Source of the DNA: Lingula anatina
Lineage: Eukaryota > Animalia > Brachiopoda
NCBI GenBank assembly: GCA_051362555.1
Contig: CM120646.1
Location: 9,052,001 to 9,116,000, forward strand
Direction: 5' to 3'
DNA length: 64,000 bases
Made by a program: the position numbers and the translations under genes. The notes under the pieces are model-generated. The model saw only the letters and a program-made list of their open reading frames with translations, did no database searches and had not been told where the DNA came from. Positions 13,601 to 28,500 of the stretch are shown piece by piece; position 1 is the first letter of the stretch, and the number at the start of each line of letters is the position of its first letter.

Positions 13601-16600
13601 TGTTTGACATATTGTATGCGAAGAGTGAGAATTATCTACAATATTTTTTTTTCAATTTCACAACATCTAATTAGACTCACATTAAACATCAAATATTATG
13701 ATTTGAGTTTGTTTGTGTAAGAGGTGACAAATTACCCATAATTTTCCTCTGGAAAAGAATATATACCCATTTAAGACATCTCCTTACTACCAATACCAGA
13801 TGCAGATTCCTCCTTTCAATCGGTTTCTGGAATTGAGGTTTAGCACACCATTTGACAATGTCCTAAAGCTTGCCATATACCATCTATTGCACACATGGAT
13901 GAGACATAGCATTGCTCTTGCTGTTGTCTTTTGCTGTCTGTTTTTTCTATAGGAATTATCCCTGACCAGACAGGAAGAATCAGTTCACCAAAAAAGCCAT
14001 CACGCTGTATGGAAAAGGTCACCTGGAAAAAGAACAACGTTTGATAAAAGTGAAAACTAAATTCTAAAAATTGACAAATTTCCCACACTAAAATAGTTGA
14101 ACAATAATTTTGATAAACTTAACCTAAACAGTTGACTATGACTAATAAAAAGGATATTTTCAGAACATATAAAATTGAGAAATACTTAAAATGAAATTGA
14201 AAAGACTGCCAAATGCGGTGCCTTAAAATAGTTAAATGTTAATAATTTTCACAAATCTTGTCCAATATTTGTGAAATTTGGACAGATGATGCATAACTAT
14301 AATAAAAATCTATGATAAGCTCATCAGTTGAATGTGTCTCATGAAAAATCTTTTTTTAGAGCATATAAATGTGAGAAAACTGAAACTGACATTGCAAAGA
14401 CTGCAAAATTCCATGGCTTAAAATAGTTAAACGTTAATAATTTTTACAAATCTTGTCTAATATTTGTGAAATTTGGACAGATGATGCATAACAATAATAA
14501 AAATCTGTGATAAGCTCATCAGTTGACTGTGTCTCATTAAAAAGGGTTTTTTGGACAATAAAATTGAGAAAACTGAAAATGACATTGAAAAGACTGTCAA
14601 ATGCGGTGCCTTAAAATAGTTCAATGTTAATAATTTTCACAAATCTTGTCCAATATTTTTCAAATTTGGACAGATGATGCATAACAATAATAAAAGTCTG
14701 TGATAAGCTCATCAGTTGAATGTGTCTCATGAAAAAGAATTTTCAGAGCATATAAATGTGAAAAAACTGAAACTGACATTGCAAAGACTGCAAAATTCCA
14801 TGGCTTAAAATAGTTAAACGTTAATAATTTTTACAAATCTTGTCTAATATTTGTGAAATTTGGACAGATGATGCATAACAATAATAAAAATCTGTGATAA
14901 GCTCATCAGTTGACTGTGTCTCATTAAAAAGGTTTTTTTGGACAATAAATTTGAGAAAATTGAAAATGACACTGAGAAGACTGCAAAAGGCAGTGCCTTA
15001 AAATAGTTAAACGTTAATAATTTTCACAAAACATGTTCAATATTTGTGAAATTTGGAGAGATGATGCTTAACAATATCAAAAATCTGTGATAAGTTTAAC
15101 AGTTGACAGTGTGTGATAGAATTGTAGTTGTTTGACATATTGTATGCGAAGAGTGAGAATTATCTACAAAATTTTTTTTTCAATTTCACAACATCTAATT
15201 AGACTCACATTAAACATCAAATATTATGATTTGAGTTTGTTTGTGTAAGAGGTGACAAATTACCCATAATTTTCCTCTGGAAAAGAATATATACCCATTT
15301 AAGACATCTCCTTACTACCAATACCAGATGCAGATTCCTCCTTTCAATCGGTTTCTGGAATTGAGGTTTAGCACACCATTTGACAATGTCCTAAAGCTTG
15401 CCATATACCATCTATTGTACACAAGGATGAGACATAGCATTGCTCTTGCTGTTGTCTTTTGCTGTCTGTTTTTTCTATAGGAATTATCCCTGACCAGACA
15501 GGAAGAATCAGTTCACCAAAAAAGCCATCACGCTGTATGGAAAAGGTCACCTGGAAAAAGAACAACATGTTTGATAAAAGTGAAAACTAAATTCTAAAAA
15601 TTGACAAATTTCACACACTAAAATAGTTGAACAATAATTTTGATAAACTTAACCTAAACAGTTGACTATGACTAATAAAAAGGATATTTTCAGAACATAT
15701 AAAATTGAGAAATACTTAAAATGAAATTGAAAAGACTGCCAAATGCGGTGCCTTAAAATAGTTAAATGTTAATAATTTTCACAAATCTTGTCCAATATTT
15801 GTGAAATTTGGACAGATGATGCATAACTATAATAAAAATCTATGATAAGCTCATCAGTTGAATGTGTCTCATGAAAAATCATTTTTTAGAGCATATAAAT
15901 GTGAGAAAACTGAAACTGACATTGCAAAGACTGCAAAATTCCATGGCTTAAAATAGTTAAACGTTAATAATTTTCACAAATCTTGTCTAATATTTGTGAA
16001 ATTTGGATAGATGATGCATAACAACAATAAAAATCTGTGATAAGCTCAACAGTTGACTGTCTCATAAAAAATATTTTTTTGGACAATAAAATTGAGAAAA
16101 CTGAAAATGACATTGAAAAGACTGTCAAATGCGGTGCCTTAAAATAGTTAAATGTTAATAATTTTCACAAATCTTGTCCAATATTTTTCAAATTTGGACA
16201 GATGATGCATAACAATAATAAAAGTCTGTGATAAGCTCATCAGTTGAATGTGTCTCATGAAAAAGAATTTTCAGAGCATATAAATGTGAAAAAACTGAAA
16301 CTGACATTGCAAAGACTGCAAAATTCCATGGCTTAAAATAGTTAAACGTTAATAATTTTTACAAATCTTGTCTAATATTTGTGAAATTTGGACAGATGAT
16401 GCATAACAATAATAAAAATCTGTGATAAGCTCATCAGTTGACTGTGTCTCATTAAAAAGGTTTTTTTGGACAATAAATTTGAGAAAATTGAAAATGACAC
16501 TGAGAAGACTGCAAAAGGCAGTGCCTTAAAATAGTTAAACGTTAATAATTTTCACAAAACATGTTCAATATTTGTGAAATTTGGAGAGATGATGCTTAAC

Positions 16601-19600
16601 AATATCAAAAATCTGTGATAAGTTTAACAGTTGACAGTGTGTGATAGAATTGTAGTTGTTTGACATTTTGTATGCGAAGAGTGAGAATTATCTAAAATTT
16701 TTTTTTTTCAATTTCATAACATCTTATTAGACTCACATTAAACATCAAATATCATGATTTGAGTTTGTTTGTGTAAGAGGTGACAAATTACCCATAATTT
16801 TCCTCTGGAAAAGAATATATACCCATTTAAGACATCTCCTTACTACCAATACCAGATGCAGATTCCTCCTTACAATCGGTTTCTGGAATAGGGTTTAGCA
16901 CACCATTTGACAATGTCCTAAAGCTTGCCATATACCATCTATTGTACACATGGATGAGACATAGCATTGTTCTTGCTGTTGTCTTTTGCTGTCTGTTTTT
17001 TCTATAGGAATTAGCCCTGACCAGACAGGAAGAATCAGTTCACCAAAAAAGCCATCACGCTGTATGGAAAAGGTCACCTGGAAAAAGAACAACATGTTTG
17101 ATAAAAGTGAAAACTAAATTCTAAAGATTGACAAATTTCCCACACTAAAATAGTTGAACAATAATTTTGATAAACTTAACCTAAATAGTTGACTATGACT
17201 AATAAAAAGGATATTTTCAGAACATATAAATTTGAAAAATACTTAAAATGACATTGAAAAGACTGCCAAATGCGGTGCCTTAAAATAGTTAAATGTAAAT
17301 AATTTTCACAAAACTTGTCCAATATTTGTGAAATTTGGACAGATGATGCATAACTATAATAAAAATCTATGATAAGCTCATCAGTTGAATATGTCTCATA
17401 AAAAATCTTTTTTTAGAGCATAAAAATGTGAGAAAACTGAAACTGACATTGCAAAGACTGTCAAATGCGGTGCCTTAAAATAGTTAAATGTTAATAATTT
17501 TCACAAATCTTGTCCAATATTTTTCAAATTTGGACAGATGATGCATAACAATAATAAAAGTCTGTGATAAGCTCATCAGTTGAATGTGTCTCATGAAAAA
17601 GAATTTTCAGAGCATATAAATGTGAAAAAACTGAAACTGACATTGCAAAGACTGCAAAATTCCATGGCTTAAAATAGTTAAACGTTAATAATTTTTACAA
17701 ATCTTGTCTAATATTTGTGAAATTTGGACAGATGATGCATAACAATAATAAAAATCTGTGATAAGCTCATCAGTTGACTGTGTCTCATTAAAAAGGGTTT
17801 TTGGACAATAAAATTGAGAAAACTGAAAATGACATTGAAAAGACTGTCAAATGCGGTGCCTTAAAATAGTTAAATGTTAATAATTTTCACAAATCTTGTC
17901 TAATATTTGTGAAATTTGGATAGATGATGCATAACAACAATAAAAATCTGTGATAAGCTCATCAGTTGACTGAGTCTCATGAAAAACATTTTTCAGAGCA
18001 AATAAATGTGAGAAAACTGAAAATAAAACTGAAAAGACTGCCAAATTCCATGGTATAAAATAGTTAAACATTAATATTTTTCACAAATCTTCTCCAATAT
18101 TTGTGGAATTGGGAGTGATGATGCTTAACAATAATAAAAATCTGTGATTAGCTCATCAGTTTACTGTGTTTCATGAAAAACATTTTTGAGAGCATATAAA
18201 CGTGAGAAAACTGAAAATGACATTGCAAAGACTGCAAAATTCCATGGCTTAAAATAGTTAAATGTTAATAATTTTCACAAATCTTGTCTAATATTTGTGA
18301 AATTTGGATAGATGATGCATAACAACAATAAAAATCTGTGATAAGCTCATCAGTTGACTGTGTCTCATGAAAAACATTTTTCTATTTGGACAATAAATTT
18401 GAGAAAACTGAAAATAACACTGAAACGACTGCCAAATTCCATGGCTTAAAATAGTTAAACGTTAATAATTTTTACAAATCTTGTCTAATATTTATGAAAT
18501 TTGGACAGATGATGCAAAACAATAATAAAAATCTACGATAAGCTCATCAGTTGAATGTGTCTCATGAAAAAGAATTTTCAGAGCATATAAATGTGAAAAA
18601 ACTGAAAATGACATTGAAAAGACTGCAAAATTCCATGGCTTAGAATAGTTAAACGTTAATAATTTTCACAAAACATGTTCAATATTTGTGAAATTTGGAG
18701 AGATGATGCTTAACAATATCAAAAATCTGTGATAAGTTTAACAGTTGACAGTGTGTGATAGAATTGTAGTTGTTTGACATATTGTATGCGAAGAGTGAGA
18801 ATTATCTACAATATTTTTTTTTCAATTTCACAACATCTAATTAGACTCACATTAAACATCAAATATTATGATTTGAGTTTGTTTGTGTAAGAGGTGACAA
18901 ATTACCCATAATTTTCCTCTGGAAAAGAATATATACCCATTTAAGACATCTCCTTACTACCAATACCAGATGCAGATTCCTCCTTTCAATCGGTTTCTGG
19001 AATTGAGGTTTAGCACACCATTTGACAATGTCCTAAAGCTTGCCATATACCATCTATTGCACACATGGATGAGACATAGCATTGCTCTTGCTGTTGTCTT
19101 TTGCTGTCTGTTTTTTCTATAGGAATTATCCCTGACCAGACAGGAAGAATCAGTTCACCAAAAAAGCCATCACGCTGTATGGAAAAGGTCACCTGGAAAA
19201 AGAACAACGTTTGATAAAAGTGAAAACTAAATTCTAAAAATTGACAAATTTCCCACACTAAAATAGTTGAACAATAATTTTGATAAACTTAACCTAAACA
19301 GTTGACTATGACTAATAAAAAGGATATTTTCAGAACATATAAAATTGAGAAATACTTAAAATGAAATTGAAAAGACTGCCAAATGCGGTGCCTTAAAATA
19401 GTTAAATGTTAATAATTTTCACAAATCTTGTCCAATATTTGTGAAATTTGGACAGATGATGCATAACTATAATAAAAATCTATGATAAGCTCATCAGTTG
19501 AATGTGTCTCATGAAAAATCTTTTTTTAGAGCATATAAATGTGAGAAAACTGAAACTGACATTGCAAAGACTGCAAAATTCCATGGCTTAAAATAGTTAA

Positions 19601-21200
19601 ACGTTAATAATTTTCACAAATCTTGTCTAATATTTGTGAAATTTGGATAGATGATGCATAACAACAATAAAAATCTGTGATAAGCTCAACAGTTGACTGT
19701 CTCATAAAAAATATTTTTTTGGACAATAAAATTGAGAAAACTGAAAATGACATTGAAAAGACTGTCAAATGCGGTGCCTTAAAATAGTTAAATGTTAATA
19801 ATTTTCACAAATCTTGTCTAATATTTGTGAAATTTGGATAGATGATGCATAACAACAATAAAAATCTGTGATAAGCTCATCAGTTGACTGTGTCTCATGA
19901 AAAACATTTTTCTATTTGGACAATAAATTTGAGAAAACTGAAAATAACACTGAAACGACTGCCAAATTCCATGGCTTAAAATAGTTAAACGTTAATAATT
20001 TTTACAAATCTTGTCTAATATTTATGAAATTTGGACAAATGATGCAAAACAATAATAAAAATCTACGATAAGCTCATCAGTTGAATGTGTCTCATGAAAA
20101 AGAATTTTCAGAGCATATAAATGTGAAAAAACTGAAAATGACATTGAAAAGACTGCAAAATTCCATGGCTTAGAATAGTTAAACGTTAATAATTTTCACA
20201 AAACATGTTCAATATTTGTGAAATTTGGAGAGATGATGCTTAACAATATCAAAAATCTGTGATAAGTTTAACAGTTGACAGTGTGTGATAGAATTGTAGT
20301 TGTTTGACATATTGTATGCGAAGAGTGAGAATTATCTACAATATTTTTTTTTCAATTTCACAACATCTAATTAGACTCACATTAAACATCAAATATTATG
20401 ATTTGAGTTTGTTTGTGTAAGAGGTGACAAATTACCCATAATTTTCCTCTGGAAAAGAATATATACCCATTTAAGACATCTCCTTACTACCAATACCAGA
20501 TGCAGATTCCTCCTTTCAATCGGTTTCTGGAATTGAGGTTTAGCACACCATTTGACAATGTCCTAAAGCTTGCCATATACCATCTATTGCACACATGGAT
20601 GAGACATAGCATTGCTCTTGCTGTTGTCTTTTGCTGTCTGTTTTTTCTATAGGAATTATCCCTGACCAGACAGGAAGAATCAGTTCACCAAAAAAGCCAT
20701 CACGCTGTATGGAAAAGGTCACCTGGAAAAAGAACAACGTTTGATAAAAGTGAAAACTAAATTCTAAAAATTGACAAATTTCCCACACTAAAATAGTTGA
20801 ACAATAATTTTGATAAACTTAACCTAAACAGTTGACTATGACTAATAAAAAGGATATTTTCAGAACATATAAAATTGAGAAATACTTAAAATGAAATTGA
20901 AAAGACTGCCAAATGCGGTGCCTTAAAATAGTTAAATGTTAATAATTTTCACAAATCTTGTCCAATATTTGTGAAATTTGGACAGATGATGCATAACTAT
21001 AATAAAAATCTATGATAAGCTCATCAGTTGAATGTGTCTCATGAAAAATCTTTTTTTAGAGCATATAAATGTGAGAAAACTGAAACTGACATTGCAAAGA
21101 CTGCAAAATTCCATGGCTTAAAATAGTTAAACGTTAATAATTTTTACAAATCTTGTCTAATATTTGTGAAATTTGGACAGATGATGCATAACAATAATAA
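7700..21200. repeat. About 6.70-kb higher-order tandem duplication (four units)
   Basis: Anchor offsets 8667/15368, 10194/16895, 12310/19010 and 13840/20540 are all 6700-6701. Private variants are shared (SSLCT copy; aaatagttcaatg at ~7920 and ~14620). Confidence 0.9.
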
Positions 21201-24200
21201 AAATCTGTGATAAGCTCATCAGTTGACTGTGTCTCATTAAAAAGGTTTTTTTGGACAATAAATTTGAGAAAATTGAAAATGACACTGAGAAGACTGCAAA
21301 AGGCGGTGCCTTAAAATAGTTAAACGTTAATAATTTTCACAAAACATGTTCAATATTTGTGAAATTTGGAGAGATGATGCTTAACAATATCAAAAATCTG
21401 TGATAAGTTTAACAGTTGACAGTGTGTGATAGAATTGTAGTTGTTTGACATTTTGTATGCGAAGAGTGAGAATTATCTAAAATTTTTTTTTTTTCAATTT
21501 CACAACATCTTATTAGACTCACATTAAACATCAAATATCATGATTTGAGTTTGTTTGTGTAAGAGGTGACAAATTACCCATAATTTTCCTCTGGAAAAGA
21601 ATATATACCCATTTAAGACATCTCCTTACTACCAATACCAGATGCAGATTCCTCCTTACAATCGGTTTCTGGAATAGGGTTTAGCACACCATTTGACAAT
21701 GTCCTAAAGCTTGCCATATACCATCTATTGTACACATGGATGAGACATAGCATTGTTCTTGCTGTTGTCTTTTGCTGTCTGTTTTTTCTATAGGAATTAG
21801 CCCTGACCAGACAGGAAGAATCAGTTCACCAAAAAAGCCATCACGCTGTATGGAAAAGGTCACCTGGAAAAAGAACAACATGTTTGATAAAAGTGAAAAC
21901 TAAATTCTAAAGATTGACAAATTTCCCACAATAAAATAGTTGAACAATAATTTTGATAAACTTAACCTAAATAGTTGACTATGACTAATAAAAAGGATAT
22001 TTTCAGAACATATAAATTTGAGAAATACTTAAAATGACATTGAAAAGACTGCCAAATGCGGTGCCTTAAAATAGTTAAATGTAAATAATTTTCACAAATC
22101 TTGTCCAATATTTGTGAAATTTGGACAGATGATGCATAACTATAATAAAAATCTATGATAAGCTCATCAGTTGAATATGTCTCATAAAAAATCTTTTTTT
22201 AGAGCATAAAAATGTGAGAAAACTGAAACTGACATTGCAAAGACTGTCAAATGCGGTGCCTTAAAATAGTTAAATGTTAATAATTTTCACAAATCTTGTC
22301 CAATATTTTTCAAATTTGGACAGATGATGCATAACAATAATAAAAGTCTGTGATAAGCTCATCAGTTGAATGTGTCTCATAAAAAAGAATTTTCAGAGCA
22401 TATAAATGTGAAAAAACTGAAACTGACATTGCAAAGACTGCAAAATTCCATGGCTTAAAATAGTTAAACGTTAATAATTTTTACAAATCTTGTCTAATAT
22501 TTGTGAAATTTGGACAGATGATGCATAACAATAATAAAAATCTGTGATAAGCTCATCAGTTGACTGTGTCTCATTAAAAAGGGTTTTTTGGACAATAAAA
22601 TTGAGAAAACTGAAAATGACATTGAAAAGACTGTCAAATGCGGTGCCTTAAAATAGTTAAATGTTAATAATTTTCACAAATCTTGTCCAATATTTTTCAA
22701 ATTTGGACAGATGATAAATAACAATAATAAAAGTCTGTGATAAGCTCATCAGTTGAATGTGTCTCATGAAAAAGAATTTTCAGAGCATATAAATGCGAAA
22801 AAACTGAAACTGACATTGAAAAGACTGCAAAATTCCATGGCTTAGAATAGTTAAACGTTAATAATTTTCACAAAACATGTTCAATATTTGTGAAATTTGG
22901 AGAGATGATGCTTAACAATATCAAAAATCTGTGATAAGTTTAACAGTTGACAGTGTGTGATAGAATTGTAGTTGTTTGACATATTGTATGCGAAGAGTGA
23001 GAATTATCTACAATATTTTTTTTTCAATTTCACAACATCTAATTAGACTCACATTAAACATCAAATATTATGATTTGAGTTTGTTTGTGTAAGAGGTGAC
23101 AAATTACCCATAATTTTCCTCTGGAAAAGAATATATACCCATTTAAGACATCTCCTTACTACCAATACCAGATGCAGATTCCTCCTTTCAATCGGTTTCT
23201 GGAATTGAGGTTTAGCACACCATTTGACAATGTCCTAAAGCTTGCCATATACCATCTATTGCACACATGGATGAGACATAGCATTGCTCTTGCTGTTGTC
23301 TTTTGCTGTCTGTTTTTTCTATAGGAATTATCCCTGACCAGACAGGAAGAATCAGTTCACCAAAAAAGCCATCACGCTGTATGGAAAAGGTCACCTGGAA
23401 AAAGAACAACGTTTGATAAAAGTGAAAACTAAATTCTAAAAATTGACAAATTTCCCACACTAAAATAGTTGAACAATAATTTTGATAAACTTAACCTAAA
23501 CAGTTGACTATGACTAATAAAAAGGATATTTTCAGAACATATAAAATTGAGAAATACTTAAAATGAAATTGAAAAGACTGCCAAATGCGGTGCCTTAAAA
23601 TAGTTAAATGTTAATAATTTTCACAAATCTTGTCCAATATTTGTGAAATTTGGACAGATGATGCATAACTATAATAAAAATCTATGATAAGCTCATCAGT
23701 TGAATGTGTCTCATGAAAAATCTTTTTTTAGAGCATATAAATGTGAGAAAACTGAAACTGACATTGCAAAGACTGCAAAATTCCATGGCTTAAAATAGTT
23801 AAACGTTAATAATTTTTACAAATCTTGTCTAATATTTGTGAAATTTGGACAGATGATGCATAACAATAATAAAAATCTGTGATAAGCTCATCAGTTGACT
23901 GTGTCTCATTAAAAAGGTTTTTTTGGACAATAAATTTGAGAAAATTGAAAATGACACTGAGAAGACTGCAAAAGGCGGTGCCTTAAAATAGTTAAACGTT
24001 AATAATTTTCACAAAACATGTTCAATATTTGTGAAATTTGGAGAGATGATGCTTAACAATATCAAAAATCTGTGATAAGTTTAACAGTTGACAGTGTGTG
24101 ATAGAATTGTAGTTGTTTGACATTTTGTATGCGAAGAGTGAGAATTATCTAAAATTTTTTTTTTTTCAATTTCACAACATCTTATTAGACTCACATTAAA

Positions 24201-25500
24201 CATCAAATATCATGATTTGAGTTTGTTTGTGTAAGAGGTGACAAATTACCCATAATTTTCCTCTGGAAAAGAATATATACCCATTTAAGACATCTCCTTA
24301 CTACCAATACCAGATGCAGATTCCTCCTTACAATCGGTTTCTGGAATAGGGTTTAGCACACCATTTGACAATGTCCTAAAGCTTGCCATATACCATCTAT
24401 TGTACACATGGATGAGACATAGCATTGTTCTTGCTGTTGTCTTTTGCTGTCTGTTTTTTCTATAGGAATTAGCCCTGACCAGACAGGAAGAATCAGTTCA
24501 CCAAAAAAGCCATCACGCTGTATGGAAAAGGTCACCTGGAAAAAGAACAACATGTTTGATAAAAGTGAAAACTAAATTCTAAAGATTGACAAATTTCCCA
24601 CACTAAAATAGTTGAACAATAATTTTGATAAACTTAACCTAAATAGTTGACTATGACTAATAAAAAGGATATTTTCAGAACATATAAATTTGAGAAATAC
24701 TTAAAATGACATTGAAAAGACTGCCAAATGCGGTGCCTTAAAATAGTTAAATGTAAATAATTTTCACAAATCTTGTCCAATATTTGTGAAATTTGGACAG
24801 ATGATGCATAACTATAATAAAAATCTATGATAAGCTCATCAGTTGAATATGTCTCATAAAAAATCTTTTTTTAGAGCATAAAAATGTGAGAAAACTGAAA
24901 CTGACATTGCAAAGACTGTCAAATGCGGTGCCTTAAAATAGTTAAATGTTAATAATTTTCACAAATCTTGTCCAATATTTTTCAAATTTGGACAGATGAT
25001 GCATAACAATAATAAAAGTCTGTGATAAGCTCATCAGTTGAATGTGTCTCATAAAAAAGAATTTTCAGAGCATATAAATGTGAAAAAACTGAAACTGACA
25101 TTGCAAAGACTGCAAAATTCCATGGCTTAAAATAGTTAAACGTTAATAATTTTTACAAATCTTGTCTAATATTTGTGAAATTTGGACAGATGATGCATAA
25201 CAATAATAAAAATCTGTGATAAGCTCATCAGTTGACTGTGTCTCATTAAAAAGGGTTTTTTGGACAATAAAATTGAGAAAACTGAAAATGACATTGAAAA
25301 GACTGTCAAATGCGGTGCCTTAAAATAGTTAAATGTTAATAATTTTCACAAATCTTGTCCAATATTTTTCAAATTTGGACAGATGATAAATAACAATAAT
25401 AAAAGTCTGTGATAAGCTCATCAGTTGAATGTGTCTCATGAAAAAGAATTTTCAGAGCATATAAATGCGAAAAAACTGAAACTGACATTGCAAAGACTGC
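20200..25500. repeat. About 2.67-kb higher-order duplication (two units)
   Basis: Offsets 20540/23212 and 21681/24353 are both 2672. The private variant agatgataaataac occurs at ~22710 and ~25381. Confidence 0.85.
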
Positions 25501-28500
25501 CAAATGCGGTGCCTTAAAATAGTTAAATGTTAATAATTTTCACAAATCTTGTCTAATATTTGTGAAATTTGGATAGATGATGCATAACAACAATAAAAAT
25601 CTGTGATAAGCTCATCAGTTGACTGTGTCTCATGAAAAACATTTTTCAGAGCAAATAAATGTGAGAAAACTGAAAATAAAACTGAAAAGACTGCCAAATT
25701 CCATGGTATAAAATAGTTAAACATTAATATTTTTCACAAATCTTCTCCAATATTTGTGGAATTGGGAGTGATGATGCTTAACAATAATAAAAATCTGTGA
25801 TTAGCTCATCAGTTTACTGTGTTTCATGAAAAACATTTTTGAGAGCATATAAACGTGAGAAAACTGAAAATGACATTGCAAAGACTGCAAAATTCCATGG
25901 CTTAAAATAGTTAAATGTTAATAATTTTCACAAATCTTGTCTAATATTTGTGAAATTTGGATAGATGATGCATAACAACAATAAAAATCTGTGATAAGCT
26001 CATCAGTTGACTGTGTCTCATGAAAAACATTTTTCTATTTGGACAATAAATTTGAGAAAACTGAAAATAACACTGAAACGACTGCCAAATTCCATGGCTT
26101 AAAATAGTTAAACGTTAATAATTTTTACAAATCTTGTCTAATATTTATGAAATTTGGACAGATGATGCAAAACAATAATAAAAATCTACGATAAGCTCAT
26201 CAGTTGAATGTGTCTCATGAAAAAGAATTTTCAGAGCATATAAATGTGAAAAAACTGAAAATGACATTGAAAAGACTGCAAAATTCCATGGCTTAGAATA
26301 GTTAAACGTTAATAATTTTCACAAAACATGTTCAATATTTGTGAAATTTGGAGAGATGATGCTTAACAATATCAAAAATCTGTGATAAGTTTAACAGTTG
26401 ACAGTGTGTGATAGAATTGTAGTTGTTTGACATATTGTATGCGAAGAGTGAGAATTATCTACAATATTTTTTTTTCAATTTCACAACATCTAATTAGACT
26501 CACATTAAACATCAAATATTATGATTTGAGTTTGTTTGTGTAAGAGGTGACAAATTACCCATAATTTTCCTCTGGAAAAGAATATATACCCATTTAAGAC
26601 ATCTCCTTACTACCAATACCAGATGCAGATTCCTCCTTTCAATCGGTTTCTGGAATTGAGGTTTAGCACACCATTTGACAATGTCCTAAAGCTTGCCATA
26701 TACCATCTATTGCACACATGGATGAGACATAGCATTGCTCTTGCTGTTGTCTTTTGCTGTCTGTTTTTTCTATAGGAATTATCCCTGACCAGACAGGAAG
26801 AATCAGTTCACCAAAAAAGCCATCACGCTGTATGGAAAAGGTCACCTGGAAAAAGAACAACGTTTGATAAAAGTGAAAACTAAATTCTAAAAATTGACAA
26901 ATTTCCCACACTAAAATAGTTGAACAATAATTTTGATAAACTTAACCTAAACAGTTGACTATGACTAATAAAAAGGATATTTTCAGAACATATAAAATTG
27001 AGAAATACTTAAAATGAAATTGAAAAGACTGCCAAATGCGGTGCCTTAAAATAGTTAAATGTTAATAATTTTCACAAATCTTGTCCAATATTTGTGAAAT
27101 TTGGACAGATGATGCATAACTATAATAAAAATCTATGATAAGCTCATCAGTTGAATGTGTCTCATGAAAAATCTTTTTTTAGAGCATATAAATGTGAGAA
27201 AACTGAAACTGACATTGCAAAGACTGCAAAATTCCATGGCTTAAAATAGTTAAACGTTAATAATTTTTACAAATCTTGTCTAATATTTGTGAAATTTGGA
27301 CAGATGATGCATAACAATAATAAAAATCTGTGATAAGCTCATCAGTTGACTGTGTCTCATTAAAAAGGTTTTTTTGGACAATAAATTTGAGAAAATTGAA
27401 AATGACACTGAGAAGACTGCAAAAGGCGGTGCCTTAAAATAGTTAAACGTTAATAATTTTCACAAAACATGTTCAATATTTGTGAAATTTGGAGAGATGA
27501 TGCTTAACAATATCAAAAATCTGTGATAAGTTTAACAGTTGACAGTGTGTGATAGAATTGTAGTTGTTTGACATTTTGTATGCGAAGAGTGAGAATTATC
27601 TAAAATTTTTTTTTTTCAATTTCACAACATCTTATTAGACTCACATTAAACATCAAATATCATGATTTGAGTTTGTTTGTGTAAGAGGTGACAAATTACC
27701 CATAATTTTCCTCTGGAAAAGAATATATACCCATTTAAGACATCTCCTTACTACCAATACCAGATGCAGATTCCTCCTTACAATCGGTTTCTGGAATAGG
27801 GTTTAGCACACCATTTGACAATGTCCTAAAGCTTGCCATATACCATCTATTGTACACATGGATGAGACATAGCATTGTTCTTGCTGTTGTCTTTTGCTGT
27901 CTGTTTTTTCTATAGGAATTAGCCCTGACCAGACAGGAAGCATCAGTTCACCAAAAAAGCCATCACGCTGTATGGAAAAGGTCACCTGGAAAAAGAACAA
28001 CATGTTTGATAAAAGTGAAAACTAAATTCTAAAGATTGACAAATTTCCCACACTAAAATAGTTGAACAATAATTTTGATAAACTTAACCTAAATAGTTGA
28101 CTATGACTAATAAAAAGGATATTTTCAGAACATATAAATTTGAGAAATACTTAAAATGACATTGAAAAGACTGCCAAATGCGGTGCCTTAAAATAGTTAA
28201 ATGTAAATAATTTTCACAAAACTTGTCCAATATTTGTGAAATTTGGACAGATGATGCATAACTATAATAAAAATCTATGATAAGCTCATCAGTTGAATAT
28301 GTCTCATAAAAAATCTTTTTTTAGAGCATAAAAATGTGAGAAAACTGAAACTGACATTGCAAAGACTGTCAAATGCGGTGCCTTAAAATAGTTAAATGTT
28401 AATAATTTTCACAAATCTTGTCCAATATTTTTCAAATTTGGACAGATGATGCATAACAATAATAAAAGTCTGTGATAAGCTCATCAGTTGAATGTGTCTC